DNA of 64,000 bases from Octopus sinensis (Eukaryota). A program made the position numbers and the translations under genes. The stretch covers positions 53,630,001 through 53,694,000 of the forward strand of contig NC_043001.1 of assembly GCF_006345805.1 (NCBI RefSeq), given 5' to 3'. Below are positions 23,218 to 35,738 of this stretch, in pieces. How positions within the stretch are numbered: the stretch's first letter is position 1; every line of letters starts with the position of its first letter. The notes beneath the pieces were generated by a model that searched no databases, was not told the origin of the DNA, and saw only the letters and a program-made list of their open reading frames with translations.

Positions 23218-24515
23218 GGTGGTTGTCTACTCCTTATACAGAGTTTGACCACCCCATGTACCAACACCTTCGAAACATCATGGCATCTGATATGGCTTTT
23301 AAAACCAGACAATGTTCTGAAAAGACACCCACATAGATTAGGACCACCAAGAGCTGCAGATAAGTTCTGATCTTTGTGGATCTTAAAATGTCTTTTGAGG
23401 CCAACGTTAGATTTGCAAATCCTCTGGCATACACTGCATTCAAACGTATGCACAGACATATAGGCAGGATACTTGGGGAAGGTTCGTTTTCCATGGGTTC
23501 GCAAAAGAGATTTGAGCCCAGCAAAAGAAGGCATGGTATGTCACAAACTGTGCACCAAAAAAGGTCACTGTCATTCACCTTCTGGATCGTAACATTCTTT
23601 CTGAGATCTCTTTTGAGTCTTACTTGCGTAATTCTGGCCTCTTCAAATGCTTTCTCTCCACTCCACTCCACAGTTTTGTGCGCCATACAACTCGATCCGA
23701 AGCAATTGTATCTATTCCAAGTGACTTCATAGTATTCCTTATGCCGTCCTTAAACCTCTTTTTAGGTTTTTAGAGATTCCTCTCTGCAAGCTCACCATAA
23801 ACAGCTGTTTCGACATGCGTTCAGCCCCCATTCAAACAACATGGCCACAACATCACATTTGTTTCCTCAAAATCATAGCTTTAATTGAGTTGATGCATGT
23901 AGATACAAGGCAATCTGTGTTTGGAGTAAAAGAACTCCATTAACTTTTTTAAATGCGATGAAGGAATTTTTGGTGGAATTGTTCTAACAATTTAAAATGC
24001 CTTTCATAACATGTCAATGTTTCACAAGTATACAACAGGGATGGTAAGACAAATGATTTGTAATGAGTCAGCTTTGTACTCTTATTTATATGTCGCTGGC
24101 ACCAAACGCGTGACTCCAAACCACCAAATGCTTTTGCTGCCCTTTGAATTCGCAGATGTATATCTGTATCAAGATTTCCATCATTTTGTACAGAGCTTCG
24201 TAGATAGATGAACGAATCGACAACCTCAAGTAACTTACCCTTAACACAAATTTTAGGATGGTTACAAACAGCAGCACTCGGAGGTCGATGCCTTACAATT
24301 GTTTTTTTCAAGTTTATAGTTAAGCCAAAATCATCACAAGCTGAGTCAAATGCAGATACAAGAGATTGCAGACCTGTTTCAGAATGTCCGACAAGATCCC
24401 AATCGTCAGCGTATAAAAGTTCCCTAATGAGTGAAGTAAAAATCTTCGTTTTGAATTTCAGTCTGGTCAGATTATATACATCCCCTGTTGTTCGATATTT
24501 TATGCAACATTTAAC
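23218..24515 (-). mobile_element. 5'-truncated RTE (BovB-like) LINE, RT C-half plus C-terminal C2H2 zinc fingers, frameshifted
   Basis: IKYRTTGDVYNLTRLK..IRELLYADD..DFGLTINLKKT; RIQRAAKAFGGLESRVW; VLPSLLYTCET; CSVCQRICKSNVGLKRHFKIH. Confidence 0.92.
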
Positions 24516-24539
24516 TTTTTGGATACCCCAGGACCAGAC

Positions 24540-25260
24540 TGCTTTTTATATTACATTAAAAGATTTTAATACTGTTACTTCCGATTTTACTTCCGGTTTT
24601 CTAACGTTAATGACGTGACATATCTCTTTCGGTATATCACTCTGTTCATCTATTTCTATCTATCTTTATCTCTCTGTAAGATATCTCTCTATCTTTATCT
24701 CTTGTTTTCAATGTTATTTCTCAAACGCTAATCTTTTTATTTTCAATTTTCATAAGCCATTGTTTAACTTCCATGTTATTCTTTTCACTGTAAGTCTACG
24801 TTTTCAATCCCTATTTACAAACAAACACCGACAAATTACTAACAGAAACAAGTTCACAATTACGGATGTAATTTCATAATTTATCGACAAAAGTATCTTC
24901 CTAAATTTCACTTCAATCCGTACGGTCTTGTGCTTTCCTCATTTGATGATTTCTTTCTGATTCCTTCGATACTGGCTCTTTGGTTCACTGTGTGACAAAT
25001 TTCCCTTCAACCCCTACAATAATTTCGTTTCCGTAAAAATTTCTTATTTACTTTCTGCTCGTCCTATTAAGAAATACAGATTTCTGCCCCCAACACAATT
25101 TCCATGATCATAACTTTCAGAATTACGGATATTTTTTAATAAAATTTTCTACGAATATGTGTTTTATCATGTCAGTTTTGCATATATAACATTTTGTGGG
25201 GTAACTGTTTTAGGGGAGGGTGGGGACTTTTAGAAAATTCCCTCGAGTGTACATCAATTT
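24540..25260. mobile_element. Probable non-autonomous repeat (Helitron-associated-like), unresolved
   Basis: Non-coding sequence with internal near-repeats (ttacttccgattttacttccgg; aattacggat twice) upstream of a Helitron; no diagnostic termini verified. Confidence 0.3.
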
Positions 25261-25828
25261 GTCTTAACCTTCAAGAAAATGGATATTCTTTAATGAAATT
25301 CTCTAGAATAGATTCACTTCTTTAAAAAGTTTTCTGAAAGAAATATTTACTAAGTTCAAAAATTTAGATATTCGGTACAAACGCTTTTCAACATGGTTTT
25401 ATTTATACGATGTTTTCATTTCATGTCCATCTCATTCATTGTTTACAATAGTCTCTCTATCTATCATTCTCTCTCTCTCTCTCTCACGCACACACAAGCA
25501 CACTCCAGGTTTGATTTCTTTATTCTACAAATATCACGTTAAAATTTGCATTTAAACATGTGGCGCACAAAAAATATTTACGTAATTTTTTTTATTTATT
25601 TTCTTATTCCCGCGGTGTTCAGCTCTATGTATTTATAAGTCACACACGCACACGTGTTTTTGTATGTACGTTTGTATACATTTATGTATGGTGTGTGTGT
25701 GTAAGTGTGTGTGAGAGAGAGAGAGAGAAGGAATGGGTTGTCATGTATTCGTACTAACATAAATACATATGCATACATCTCACTGCATGCATGTTTGTCT
25801 GTGAGAGGAAAGTGATGTGTATGTGGCA

Positions 25829-25867
<39 letters not shown>

Positions 25868-26056
25868 CCACAAACACTCATACACACACATATATACAAG
25901 AAAGTTGTACGCCTATTATTAATGTATATACGTATATATGACAACATACCCCAACATTAATCTCTGTTCCTCACACACACCTCCATTTCATCTGTGATTT
26001 CAAACTATATGTGTATCTGTGTGTGTGTGTGTGGTGTGTGTGTGTGTGTGTGTGGG

Positions 26057-27458
26057 CAGCGTTCCAAAATTGTCAGAAAAAATTAGAGAAATTTTCTTTC
26101 TTGCTGTTCCTGTTGAGACACCTAAAACATTTGTAACATAACTTGTTGATGTACCATTGTCTGGCTTTGCTACCACCATTCTCACAGGAGGACGAACAGC
26201 TCATTCTGCTTTTAAATTAACACTTAACCTGTTCACAAGTGACAATCTAATTCGTAGCATAAGCAACAATTCAGGTTTAGCATAAGTGTTGTGCCACTGC
26301 CACCTTATCATTTGGGATGAATGCACCATGTCACATAGAGGTGCAATGGGAGCTCTTGATAATACCTTAAAAGACATCAGAGGCAACAATAAATTTATGG
26401 GAGGAGTTACAGTATTTTATCAGGAAAAATCAGACAGACATTACCAGTCATTCTGAGACGAACAATATCTGATGAAATAAAAGTATGCATTAAGTCTTCA
26501 CACCTATGAAATAAAGTACTGAAATTCTCCTTCAATACTAACGTGCCAGATTGATAACATGGGGACCAAAGTGAAAAAAAGTTTTCAACCTGCCTCCTAC
26601 AATTAGAAAATGGGAAAGTACCATTAATTTGGCTAATTATGATATCGTGATGAATTCCGCAGCTCAATTGAAGAACAAGGTGTTGCTAGACTTAATAAAT
26701 AATTATAATTCACATACGGGCAATGTGTGAAAGGGCAATTCTTAATCCCAAAAAAGGAGACAGTAGTAACAATTAACCATGAATTAATGAATAACATTCC
26801 AACAGTCATTAAGAAGTACAAATCAGTTGATTCAGTTCTTGATGAAAATCGAGCCGTCCATTACCCAACAGAGTTCCTTAATTCTCTTCAGCCATCTCGA
26901 ACTCCGCCAAATATACTTTTTCTGAAGGTAGGAGTCTGAATAATGCTTCTAAGAAAATTAGACCCTCCTAAGTTATGCAATGGGACAAGGTTGATTGTGA
27001 AGACATTATCACCTAATGTGACAGAAGATACCATCATCACTGAATGTGCCTCTGGGGAAGAAGTTTTCGTTGAAAGAATTCCATTGAAACCAACAAACAT
27101 GCCCTTTGAATTCAAACGAACACAATTCTCAGGGCAAATTTGCTTTGCAATGTCTATTAATGCAGTTCAATGTCAGTCTTTAAAATCTACTGGCTTGATT
27201 TGTTCGTGGTCAACTTTGCTGTTTGCTCCAGGCTAGGTAGTTTGCAAGACTTATTTGTCTATACTCTAAACCAAACAAAAAAGAATGCTGTTTACCAAGA
27301 ATCTCTTACATAGTTTCCTTCAACATATGTGGTAGAATTTATCTCCTTTCATAAAAGTGGTAAATTTTGCATTTTCCTTTATTATTATTTTTCATTGTTA
27401 TTCTTCCAAAATGTAAGGCAAAATTTAATTCCCGGGCAACGCCGAGTGCCTCTGCTAG
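26057..27458 (+). mobile_element. Helitron 3' part: decayed PIF1-like helicase with 3' hairpin and CTAG terminus
   Basis: GGRTAHSAFK, LIIWDECTMSH, LLRKLDPPKLCNGTRL, FAMSIN motifs; cccgggcaacgccgag hairpin at 27431-27446 and ctag|t at 27455-27459. Confidence 0.9.
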
Positions 27459-28246
27459 TATATACATAAATATATGTATATATATATATATATATATGTG
27501 TGTGTATGTGTGTGTGTGTGTGTGTGTGTGCATTTATATGTATATATGTGTTTCTATATATGTATGTGTATATAAATATATATATTATTTGTCTGTTTGT
27601 GTTTGTGTTTGCGTGTGTTCATTAGTGATGTATAAAGGTGTTTAAATGTGCATGTTCAATAAGCTGTCATTACCACAAACTTTATTATATAGTACAATCT
27701 ACTTCCTACCGGATCGAAGAGTTCTTTTTAGAACAGATGCGATTTCTTAGAAAATCGATTCAAACTGTTTATTGCATTTATTTCAGCAATAAGTGCCTCT
27801 TTACACCAACTATCATTTATTATACAAATTACACTCCTAAGGTAAACAGAAGGCTGTAAATTTCATAACAGCATTCCATTGAACGATCTTTAATGTTAAG
27901 GTTATACGTACATACGGTTGCAGATGCGGTAAGTTAGATCTGATCTAAGTGGGATTTGAAAATGGGATTTATATAGATACAGCTTTAAATAGTAATCTAG
28001 ATAATCAGAATATCGTGTCGGAATCTACGATAATCTTGACACATGTCTGGTTCATTAGATAACAATCTTATTCTGAAAAGGCAGCACGAACTCCACGTCT
28101 ATCTGCTAACTTTTCTCTTGCAATAGAATAGTTATATGCATAAGAGCATCGTCATCTCACGAACGGTTAAATCAAAACTGTAGTAAATAAATCCTTTTTT
28201 CCTGTATGCTTGCGTATATTATTGATATTAGTATTATTAATGTAAA

Positions 28247-28248
<2 letters not shown>

Positions 28249-28305
<57 letters not shown>
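28249..28305. repeat. (AAT)n microsatellite
   Basis: Direct reading. Confidence 0.95.
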
Positions 28306-28310
<5 letters not shown>

Positions 28311-28369
28311 ACTTTGATAGAAAGCCGACTATTTTAGCTGAGGTGGGTGTTAGCTGAGGGGGTGTTAGT

Positions 28370-28453
28370 TGCATCGATTACCATAACTTATTAGTATTTA
28401 TTTTCTCAATCAAGAAATGATGAAAGGCAAGGTTGACATCAACCGAATTTGAA
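28370..28453 (-). mobile_element. SINE family A fragment
   Basis: gatgaaaggcaaggttgacatcaaccgaatttgaac matches the 1060-1090 region. Confidence 0.55.
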
Positions 28454-28454
28454 C

Positions 28455-28531
28455 ATACTACTACTACTAGTACTACTACTACTACAACTACTACTACTAC
28501 TTCTACTACTAGTAGTAGAAGTAGTAGTAGC

Positions 28532-28625
<94 letters not shown>
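28455..28625. repeat. (TAC)n-(CAG)n-(TAG)n compound microsatellite with polarity switch
   Basis: Direct reading. Confidence 0.95.
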
Positions 28626-28990
28626 ACACTCAGAGAGAGCAAACCCCCGCCGAGGCTACACCAACATACTTTCAATGAGTAGCTAGAGATGATTTTTAAA
28701 ATGAGAATATCTTAAATAAACTCGTCTGCTCTCACAAACAAGAATACTGAAAATTAACCCAACGAGTCTCAAAAATTTAGTAAAAATCTGGAAGAATATT
28801 CCAGAATCTTTGTCCGGTACCGGCTCGATCCCAGGCTTTAATAACCTGGTGCCAGTCACAAGGCCAAGCATCCCTGAAAATTTCATCGGAATCCATCCAG
28901 TGATTCTTGAGATATCTCGTCCACAAACAAACAAACAAACAGACTTGACTGAAAACAATACCTCTGCCTTCTTTAACGCGGAAATAATAA
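28623..28990 (+). mobile_element. Short non-autonomous element (Helentron/HINE-like)
   Basis: aaacccccgccgaggc near the 5' end, (acaa)n, 3' imperfect hairpin cctctgccttctttaacgcggaaat; part recurs inverted at 30281-30405. Confidence 0.5.
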
Positions 28991-29951
28991 CAACGACAAC
29001 AACAGCAATAATATGGAGACAGTACAACAATAAGAAAATTTGATTTACTCTAGGAAGATAATGGCGTATAATAATTGTGTGATAGAAAGGAATTATTCTG
29101 CGCGTGTTAGCAACAAGAGAAAAGGTAAACGATTTTCATCTAGCAAATTATTTCCTAATCCTTGGTTATTATTGACTCTGTTTTTGCCATTTATATGTAT
29201 TTTAGTGCAAGCTATATTATTGATAAGGCAGTAAGATGATAATCATTATCGTATTTGAAATTCGATTAAATAGCAGTAAAATAACATCACCATCTAGATG
29301 TTATCTAGTAATAGAGCTCAGTCATTACAGTATTGACAAAACATCTGCAGGTAATATAGTAATTATCAAATTCATAAGTTTATGCTTTGTCCTCCTGCTT
29401 CGTAGAGTTTTTTTGTTTTGTATTTCCTTAGATTGGAAACTATTCTGTCAAAAGTATTTTCCTTTGCTTCACAAAACACATTCAATTTTACACACAAATA
29501 CACACAAATACATATACGTTCACACACATAACACGCTTACAGAAATACGTATGTTCGCATACTCAGTGAGACAGACCATGCACATACAAATCACATGAAC
29601 ATACATACTTTTATAAATTCTAGCATTAAAGTTGCGCGAAGTAAGACTAACAAATTACTTATCATCTGCCACAGACTGCATTAGTTATAAAGACATAATG
29701 TTAACTGTCTCTCACAGTCGAAGCATTCCTGTCACAATCTGAACCTCATGAATACTTAAATGCCAAAAAGTATATTAGTTCAATGAGAATAGACATTTAA
29801 TATTTAATTTTCAATATTACATTTGTTCAATAAGACAATCAATACTTCATTTCATTTCTTTCTTACTATATATTCTATATTCTATATCCTATATTAATTT
29901 TATGAGAATTTAAATAAAACATAAAAAACAGAGTTGTAATTCCTTTGGTTA

Positions 29952-30028
<77 letters not shown>

Positions 30029-30124
30029 TATATATACATTAACCAAAGGAATTCCAACATCTGAAAGACGTGTAGTTGTTTTTAAATAGATTTATTCACA
30101 TCCCAAACTAGTTTTTTTTTAATT

Positions 30125-30845
30125 TAAAGTTTGAGCTCAGAGCTGCGGCCATGCTGATGCACCGTCGTTTTGTGCTACACTGTTATTACTAGGAGCCACC
30201 TCTAATATGTGGCACTTGATAAAGAATGGAGTTTGATATAGCTGCCCTCATTTGCACCTCTTGCCGTGAGGTAGGCTCATCTGGGATATTCTTCCAGATT
30301 TTTACTTAATTTTTGGAGCGGTTGGGTTCATTTTTGTATTCTCATTTGTGAGAGCAGACGAGTTTATTTAACATTCTCATTTTAAAAATCACCTCTAGCT
30401 ACTCATTTAAAAGCCCCTACATCTACTTTGTGCAAGTTCCTCAGACTCTTTGGGAGAATATTAAAAAGCTGTGGGCCCTTGAATCCCAGGCTGTTGCAGT
30501 AACTGGTCCTGAAGCGTGATGGCATTGCTGGGATCTTTGGCACCATGCACTGTTGTCCCATTCTGGCATTGGTGTAGCTTTCAATGCCAAAATTTGGCAC
30601 AATTCCTTCCAGGATCTTCCAGATATATATTACAGCATACCTCTCCCGTCTTCTCTCCAGGGAGTAGAGTCTTAGTTGTTTCAACCTTTCCCAGTAGCTG
30701 AGCTGTTGCAAAAAGACAATCTTCTTTGTGAATATTCTCTGGATTGCTTCAAGGTCCGCTGTTAATCTCACACTGGTGAGTGACCATAGCTGTGAGTAGT
30801 AATCCAGGCGGCTGGGGACGAATGTCTGCCAGAGGACCGATTCGA
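30125..30845 (-). mobile_element. 3' fragment of a second CR1/L2-group LINE family, interrupted at 30281-30405
   Basis: SRLDYYSQLWS, LYSLERRRERYAVIYIWKILEG, FKGPQLFNILP, resuming PDEPTSRQEVQMRAAISNSIL; 3' end cagcatggccgcagctctgagctcaaac. Confidence 0.88.
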
Positions 30846-31369
30846 CATTTTTTTTTTTTTTGTTTATCAATGGTGAAAATATATATAAAACAAGTGGAAT
30901 TTTAGCAGAGGTTAAAATTACAAGGAAAAAATCGACCAAATATCTTTAAACGACACAATGTTCAAATCTAAACAGAGATTCTAATGCGTCTTGCAGGGAT
31001 AAATATCAAAGTAAATGATCTGCGAAGTTAATAGCAAATGTACATTAGGGAAAGTTCGGCCATATTGAGTTTGTATAGAATAGGTGAAGAAGAGAAAAAG
31101 AAAAAAAAAAGGAGAAAGAAAGGAAAAAAAATTTTTCAAAATTTCCATCGTGGTGTGTATACTGATCTCTTTGCTATTCGTGTTTTTTTTTGGGGGGGGG
31201 AATCGGAAGCTATTTTGTGTATATACGTATGTTTTTACGGAAAAGGATCTAAATATTAATTGGTTATAATTTTGATGACGTCCTATTCTTTTCTTTTTCT
31301 CGTGAATGTTTTTGCTCAAAAGACACTTTTTTATTTTGGCGTTAGCGTTTTGGTTGGTTGAATGGTTCC

Positions 31370-32010
31370 CTATATATATATATATATATATATAGAAGCA
31401 AGTTTTGATTTGGTGTAGATTTGGTGTATATTCTAATAAAGAATTTTTGTTTTTCGTTTGCGGACAGCCTGTTTTGTTTATGTCTGATTTAGCGTTCTGC
31501 TTCGTTGGCTTCTCTGTAGGGACTCGGTAACTAGTTTTTGCCTTATGTTCATCAGCCGTTCCGGTTGGTTGGTATCCTCAAGAAGTTATTTTGTTTTTGG
31601 TTTTTGTTTTTGTTTTTCTAAGGGTGCAGTTCTGAATCGAAGGTAAAATTTCATTGGTGTAGTGTGAGGTGATGTCAGTAACTGGTGTCTGAGTAGATGG
31701 ATGGTAATTTGAATTTCGGGGAGCCTGTTACTAATTTTTTTAATTATGTCTGTTGTATGTGGTTGGTTTTTTTTATGTAAAAACTGACTTTTCTTCTTTC
31801 TAGTGTATTATTATACGTTATTTAGTTGAGGTTTATATTTTTTAATGACTATGCTTTCCTTATTCAAGTGTTTTTGGCCCATTCATAGAGAGTGAAGACT
31901 TGGTTTCTCGGATTTATTTCTGCCGGTCTTGATCTAAGTGTTTGCTTACGGGAATTTTCCTGGCCGTGGGGCCCCGGATTTGTTGCCTGTGTACCGTTCA
32001 TTTGACCTTC
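31370..32010 (-). mobile_element. Penelope-like element 3' remnant (GIY-YIG C-terminus plus pLTR-like region with degenerate hammerhead)
   Basis: Minus strand IPVSKHLDQ and LNKESIVIKKYKPQLN, followed by the ctgatga...aaaac..gtc motif at 31519-31557. Confidence 0.55.
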
Positions 32011-33140
32011 AAGTTCAATATTGTTTGACCTATGTACTCCCTATCACACTCACCACACTTGCGGACATAGACTATGTTTTTCAATGCACTTCACCTGTGA
32101 GGAAAATGGAAAGAAAACGATGTGTAGATAATTTCTTAACGCTGTTTCATAAGCAAATATGCAGATGATACACTTCGCTGCAAATGATAGATGATCAATA
32201 TAATAGTTTCATAATCATCGGAGAAGATTCCAATGATGGATAGCTGGAAACTATTGTGTTGCCCACCGACCGTTCCAGGAGCACACTAGCATATAGCATA
32301 ACCATAATGAATAATTCTTCGACTGATCTTTTCTCGCCCGCTATAGTATAGACTTCTTTAACATTCAGTTCCACACTCATAACTTGCCAATATTTAATTA
32401 TACAAAATGTTAAAATCTTACCTCCTGCTAGTTGTTTGCCTGTTTATATTTTGATTCTAATTACTATGTGCCCGCTCGTGTTCAACAATGCCTGTAACCG
32501 AACTCCTATTCGGCAATTGTAATTTCCCTGTCTGTTTAGTTGCAGTTCAATTTGGCGTTTAAACACCAACTCAACCTGAACACTAATTATATGTATCTAC
32601 CACCTTCCGACATCAAACATAATATTACCAGATTGTCGTATACCCGCACACAAACACACACGCAGATACAACAATATAAGAGGCATGGATACATACGAAG
32701 CGAGCCCACACGCACACACAAACACACACACATTAAACTTCATGGATGGCCATAACAATGTCAATAATAAAACTAACACGGTCAGCAGTAGCAGCGGTAC
32801 CAATGATGGAAATAACAACTACTACTACCACGACTGCAACAACGTACCCATTTTCCTTTATTTTTCTGGTCTTAGTACAGCAAGAGCACCATGAGATGAG
32901 ATGATGGGATTGAGGGGAAAACCACACTGCTGGTAAAAACTGACACGCACAGAAGCATGCACAGACATATACACACACGCACACGCGCGCACACGCATAC
33001 ACACAAGGATACAAATGCATATAGGGATACACATCTAAGAAGAACAGAATGGAGTAAGTGGAGTAAGAACACACACGAAAACGAAAAGTTCCGCCGAAGA
33101 GTCTCAGTTGTGTGACGAAAGATTTCGGGGCAATCGACAT

Positions 33141-33143
33141 GAG

Positions 33144-33229
<86 letters not shown>
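33141..33229. repeat. (AT)n-(GT)n microsatellite
   Basis: Direct reading. Confidence 0.96.
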
Positions 33230-33231
<2 letters not shown>

Positions 33232-34175
33232 AAGGAGACAACAAACGCTAAGGCAAGACAAACATCTCAAGTAATATTCGTTATTATTAAATAATTTGAA
33301 GTCTTACATCTGTTTCTGGGAAATCTCAAAATGTGAGACAAAAAACAAGAAAACATTACACTCAGTAACAAAACAGGTAAGGAATTATCTAAATGAATTC
33401 TAAGTTCAACAATTCTCATAATTGGACAACTGGAATGAAACACAGAAAAAACCAAGCGTATATAAACCCATACTAAAACTGCTGCCTTTGTTATTCTTAC
33501 TGATAAATAACAAGAAAAACATCTCAATGGAAAATACCCTAAGAGAGATAATAATGCCGATGTTGACAAACACTTACCCATCATTGGCTAGTGTTTTCTT
33601 GCTTAAAATCAGAGAAAGAAGGGTTTATCATAACAGCCCAAGTTCAATGCCTACTTATAAGGAAACTAACAGGCCAACACATTGAAGAATGGCAGTAGCC
33701 CAACATGTCATGTATGTAAACAGCAAAATGAAACCATCGATCGTGTCTCCATGTGCAGTTTTCTTGCCTCTACAGAATATCTCAACAGGCATGATAGAGT
33801 AACACAGTATATTCACTGGGTAATTTTCAAACAGTTGGACCTGCCCCATGATGAAAACTGGTGGGAATACAAACCATCTTCAGTGCTTGAAAATGATCAC
33901 ATTTCACTTCTCTGGAACTTCATCGTTCAAACTGGCAGAAGGATTGATGCCAATAGGTTAGACATTATATTGAAGGACTTCAGACAAACATCAAACCTCC
34001 TCATCGATATGACTGTTCCAATCCACATAAATGTATCTGTCAAATCCTACCAAAAACTGAGCAAGTATAATGATCTGGAAATAGAAATTGGCAAAATGTG
34101 GAACCGCAAGACAAAAATAATATCTGTTGTAATAGGTGCTCTAGGAATGATAGCAAAGGGGACTGATTGCTACCC
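33230..34175 (+). mobile_element. R4/Dong-like LINE 3' fragment: CCHC-type knuckle and RLE nuclease
   Basis: CHVCKQQNETIDRVSMCS, RHDRV, LLWNFIVQTGRRIDANRLDII, LIDMTVP, KLSKYNDLEIEIGKMW, VVIGALG. Confidence 0.9.
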
Positions 34176-34736
34176 CCCGGATTTTTTTTACAGGGGAATG
34201 TGTTAGATATAATCATGATTAACTGATCCGCCCCTATTTTCTTTTACCCAAAGCAAGAACTCTTCAGCACACCCTCGTATGAATGTATGTATATATATAT
34301 ATATATATGTGAGTATGTATGTGTGTATGTGTGTGTGTGGGTATGTGTGTGTTGTGTGGGGAAATGTAGTTACATACAAATCGTCAAGAAATACGTGTTA
34401 CGTTACACTTTTATTAGCTACTACACACTCTCAGATACATATATACAGAGAGAAACACAATCACGCACACACGGGGAATTTTCTTGAGAACGTCACGTCG
34501 CCAAGAGGACAATCATTGATTCTACTTTACTTCTTTATTATTATTAAACAAATTAACAAAATTACTAATTAACTAATTGAGTGCTTGATTTCTTTTAGCA
34601 TTTCAGCCACTTAGTTACTTTACCAAAGTCATTTCTCTTTTATTTGTCACATGATTTTTGACATGTAAGTTTCTGCACCTTTTAAAAATATACACCTTAT
34701 ATTTTTACCTTCCATTTCAAAGTATTATATACGATA

Positions 34737-35580
34737 CCAGGTGATATCAAAAGTTCCCGAACTAGTTCTGTGGTTCGCTATCAGATGGCCGCACATGTTT
34801 GCGAGTGCAGTGAGAGCTAGCAGTAACAGTCATGAGTCAGTGTGCCGAGTGCAATTTATGTTTTGTGATCGTGTGATTGCTGTAGTCTGCGACTTTTGCT
34901 ATAGACAGGAAGTAGGAAATTTTGCGATAAACTTGGAAAGCCTGCTACAAAGATATTAAGCATGTTTTGGCAAGGTTATGGCGATGAAGCAGTATCCGTC
35001 ACAATGGAAGCACCTTTCATCCCCACGACCGAAAATGGTAGGTCAGAGCTGCAGCTCAGTCAAGTGCTTGCCCATCATTTTTTTTCTTTTACATCCGCAG
35101 TATTATGCATTGAGAATTCGCCCCCACCACTGCCAAACCGTCAATCGAGAGTCCTACTGCGACGTTTTGAAGTGTATGAGGGAGGACATTCGACGAAAGC
35201 GGATGGATCTGTGGAGCTAGAAGAATTGAATTCATCACGACGATAATGCACCCTGTTACCAAGTTCTCCTCGAGGACAATGCACCCTGTTACCGAGTTCT
35301 CCTCAGTCGTGAGCTTCCAAAACAACATGCTATCGCGAACTTTCAACTCTTCCCCAAGATAAAAATGCAGCTCAAAGGTTACCGTTTTTACACCACTATC
35401 GAGATCAAGAGCGAACCGCAGAACGACCTCGATTCACTTACAGAAAATGATTTCCATGCCGGATTCCAAAAGTAGCAGAACGCTGGGACCGGTATATTAC
35501 TATGCAAGATAACTATTTCGAAGGAGAGGATGTTAAAACTGAGGTAAATAAGATATTTTTAAAATCAAAGATAATTAGTT
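34737..35580 (+). mobile_element. Decayed, internally deleted mariner (DD34D-type) transposon
   Basis: TIR-like ccaggtgatatcaaaagttcccg; QWKHLSSPRPK, TVNRESYCDVLKCMREDIRRKR, HHDDNAP; right TIR not recognised. Confidence 0.75.
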
Positions 35581-35689
35581 CATTCATTACAAGAGTGGAT
35601 CGTTTAGCCATTGATTTGTGTCATTTTGTCTTAATGCACAGTGTGCCTCAGTTTTGATCTGCCTCGATCTATTCAATAAATCCCGATTA

Positions 35690-35690
35690 T

Positions 35691-35738
<48 letters not shown>

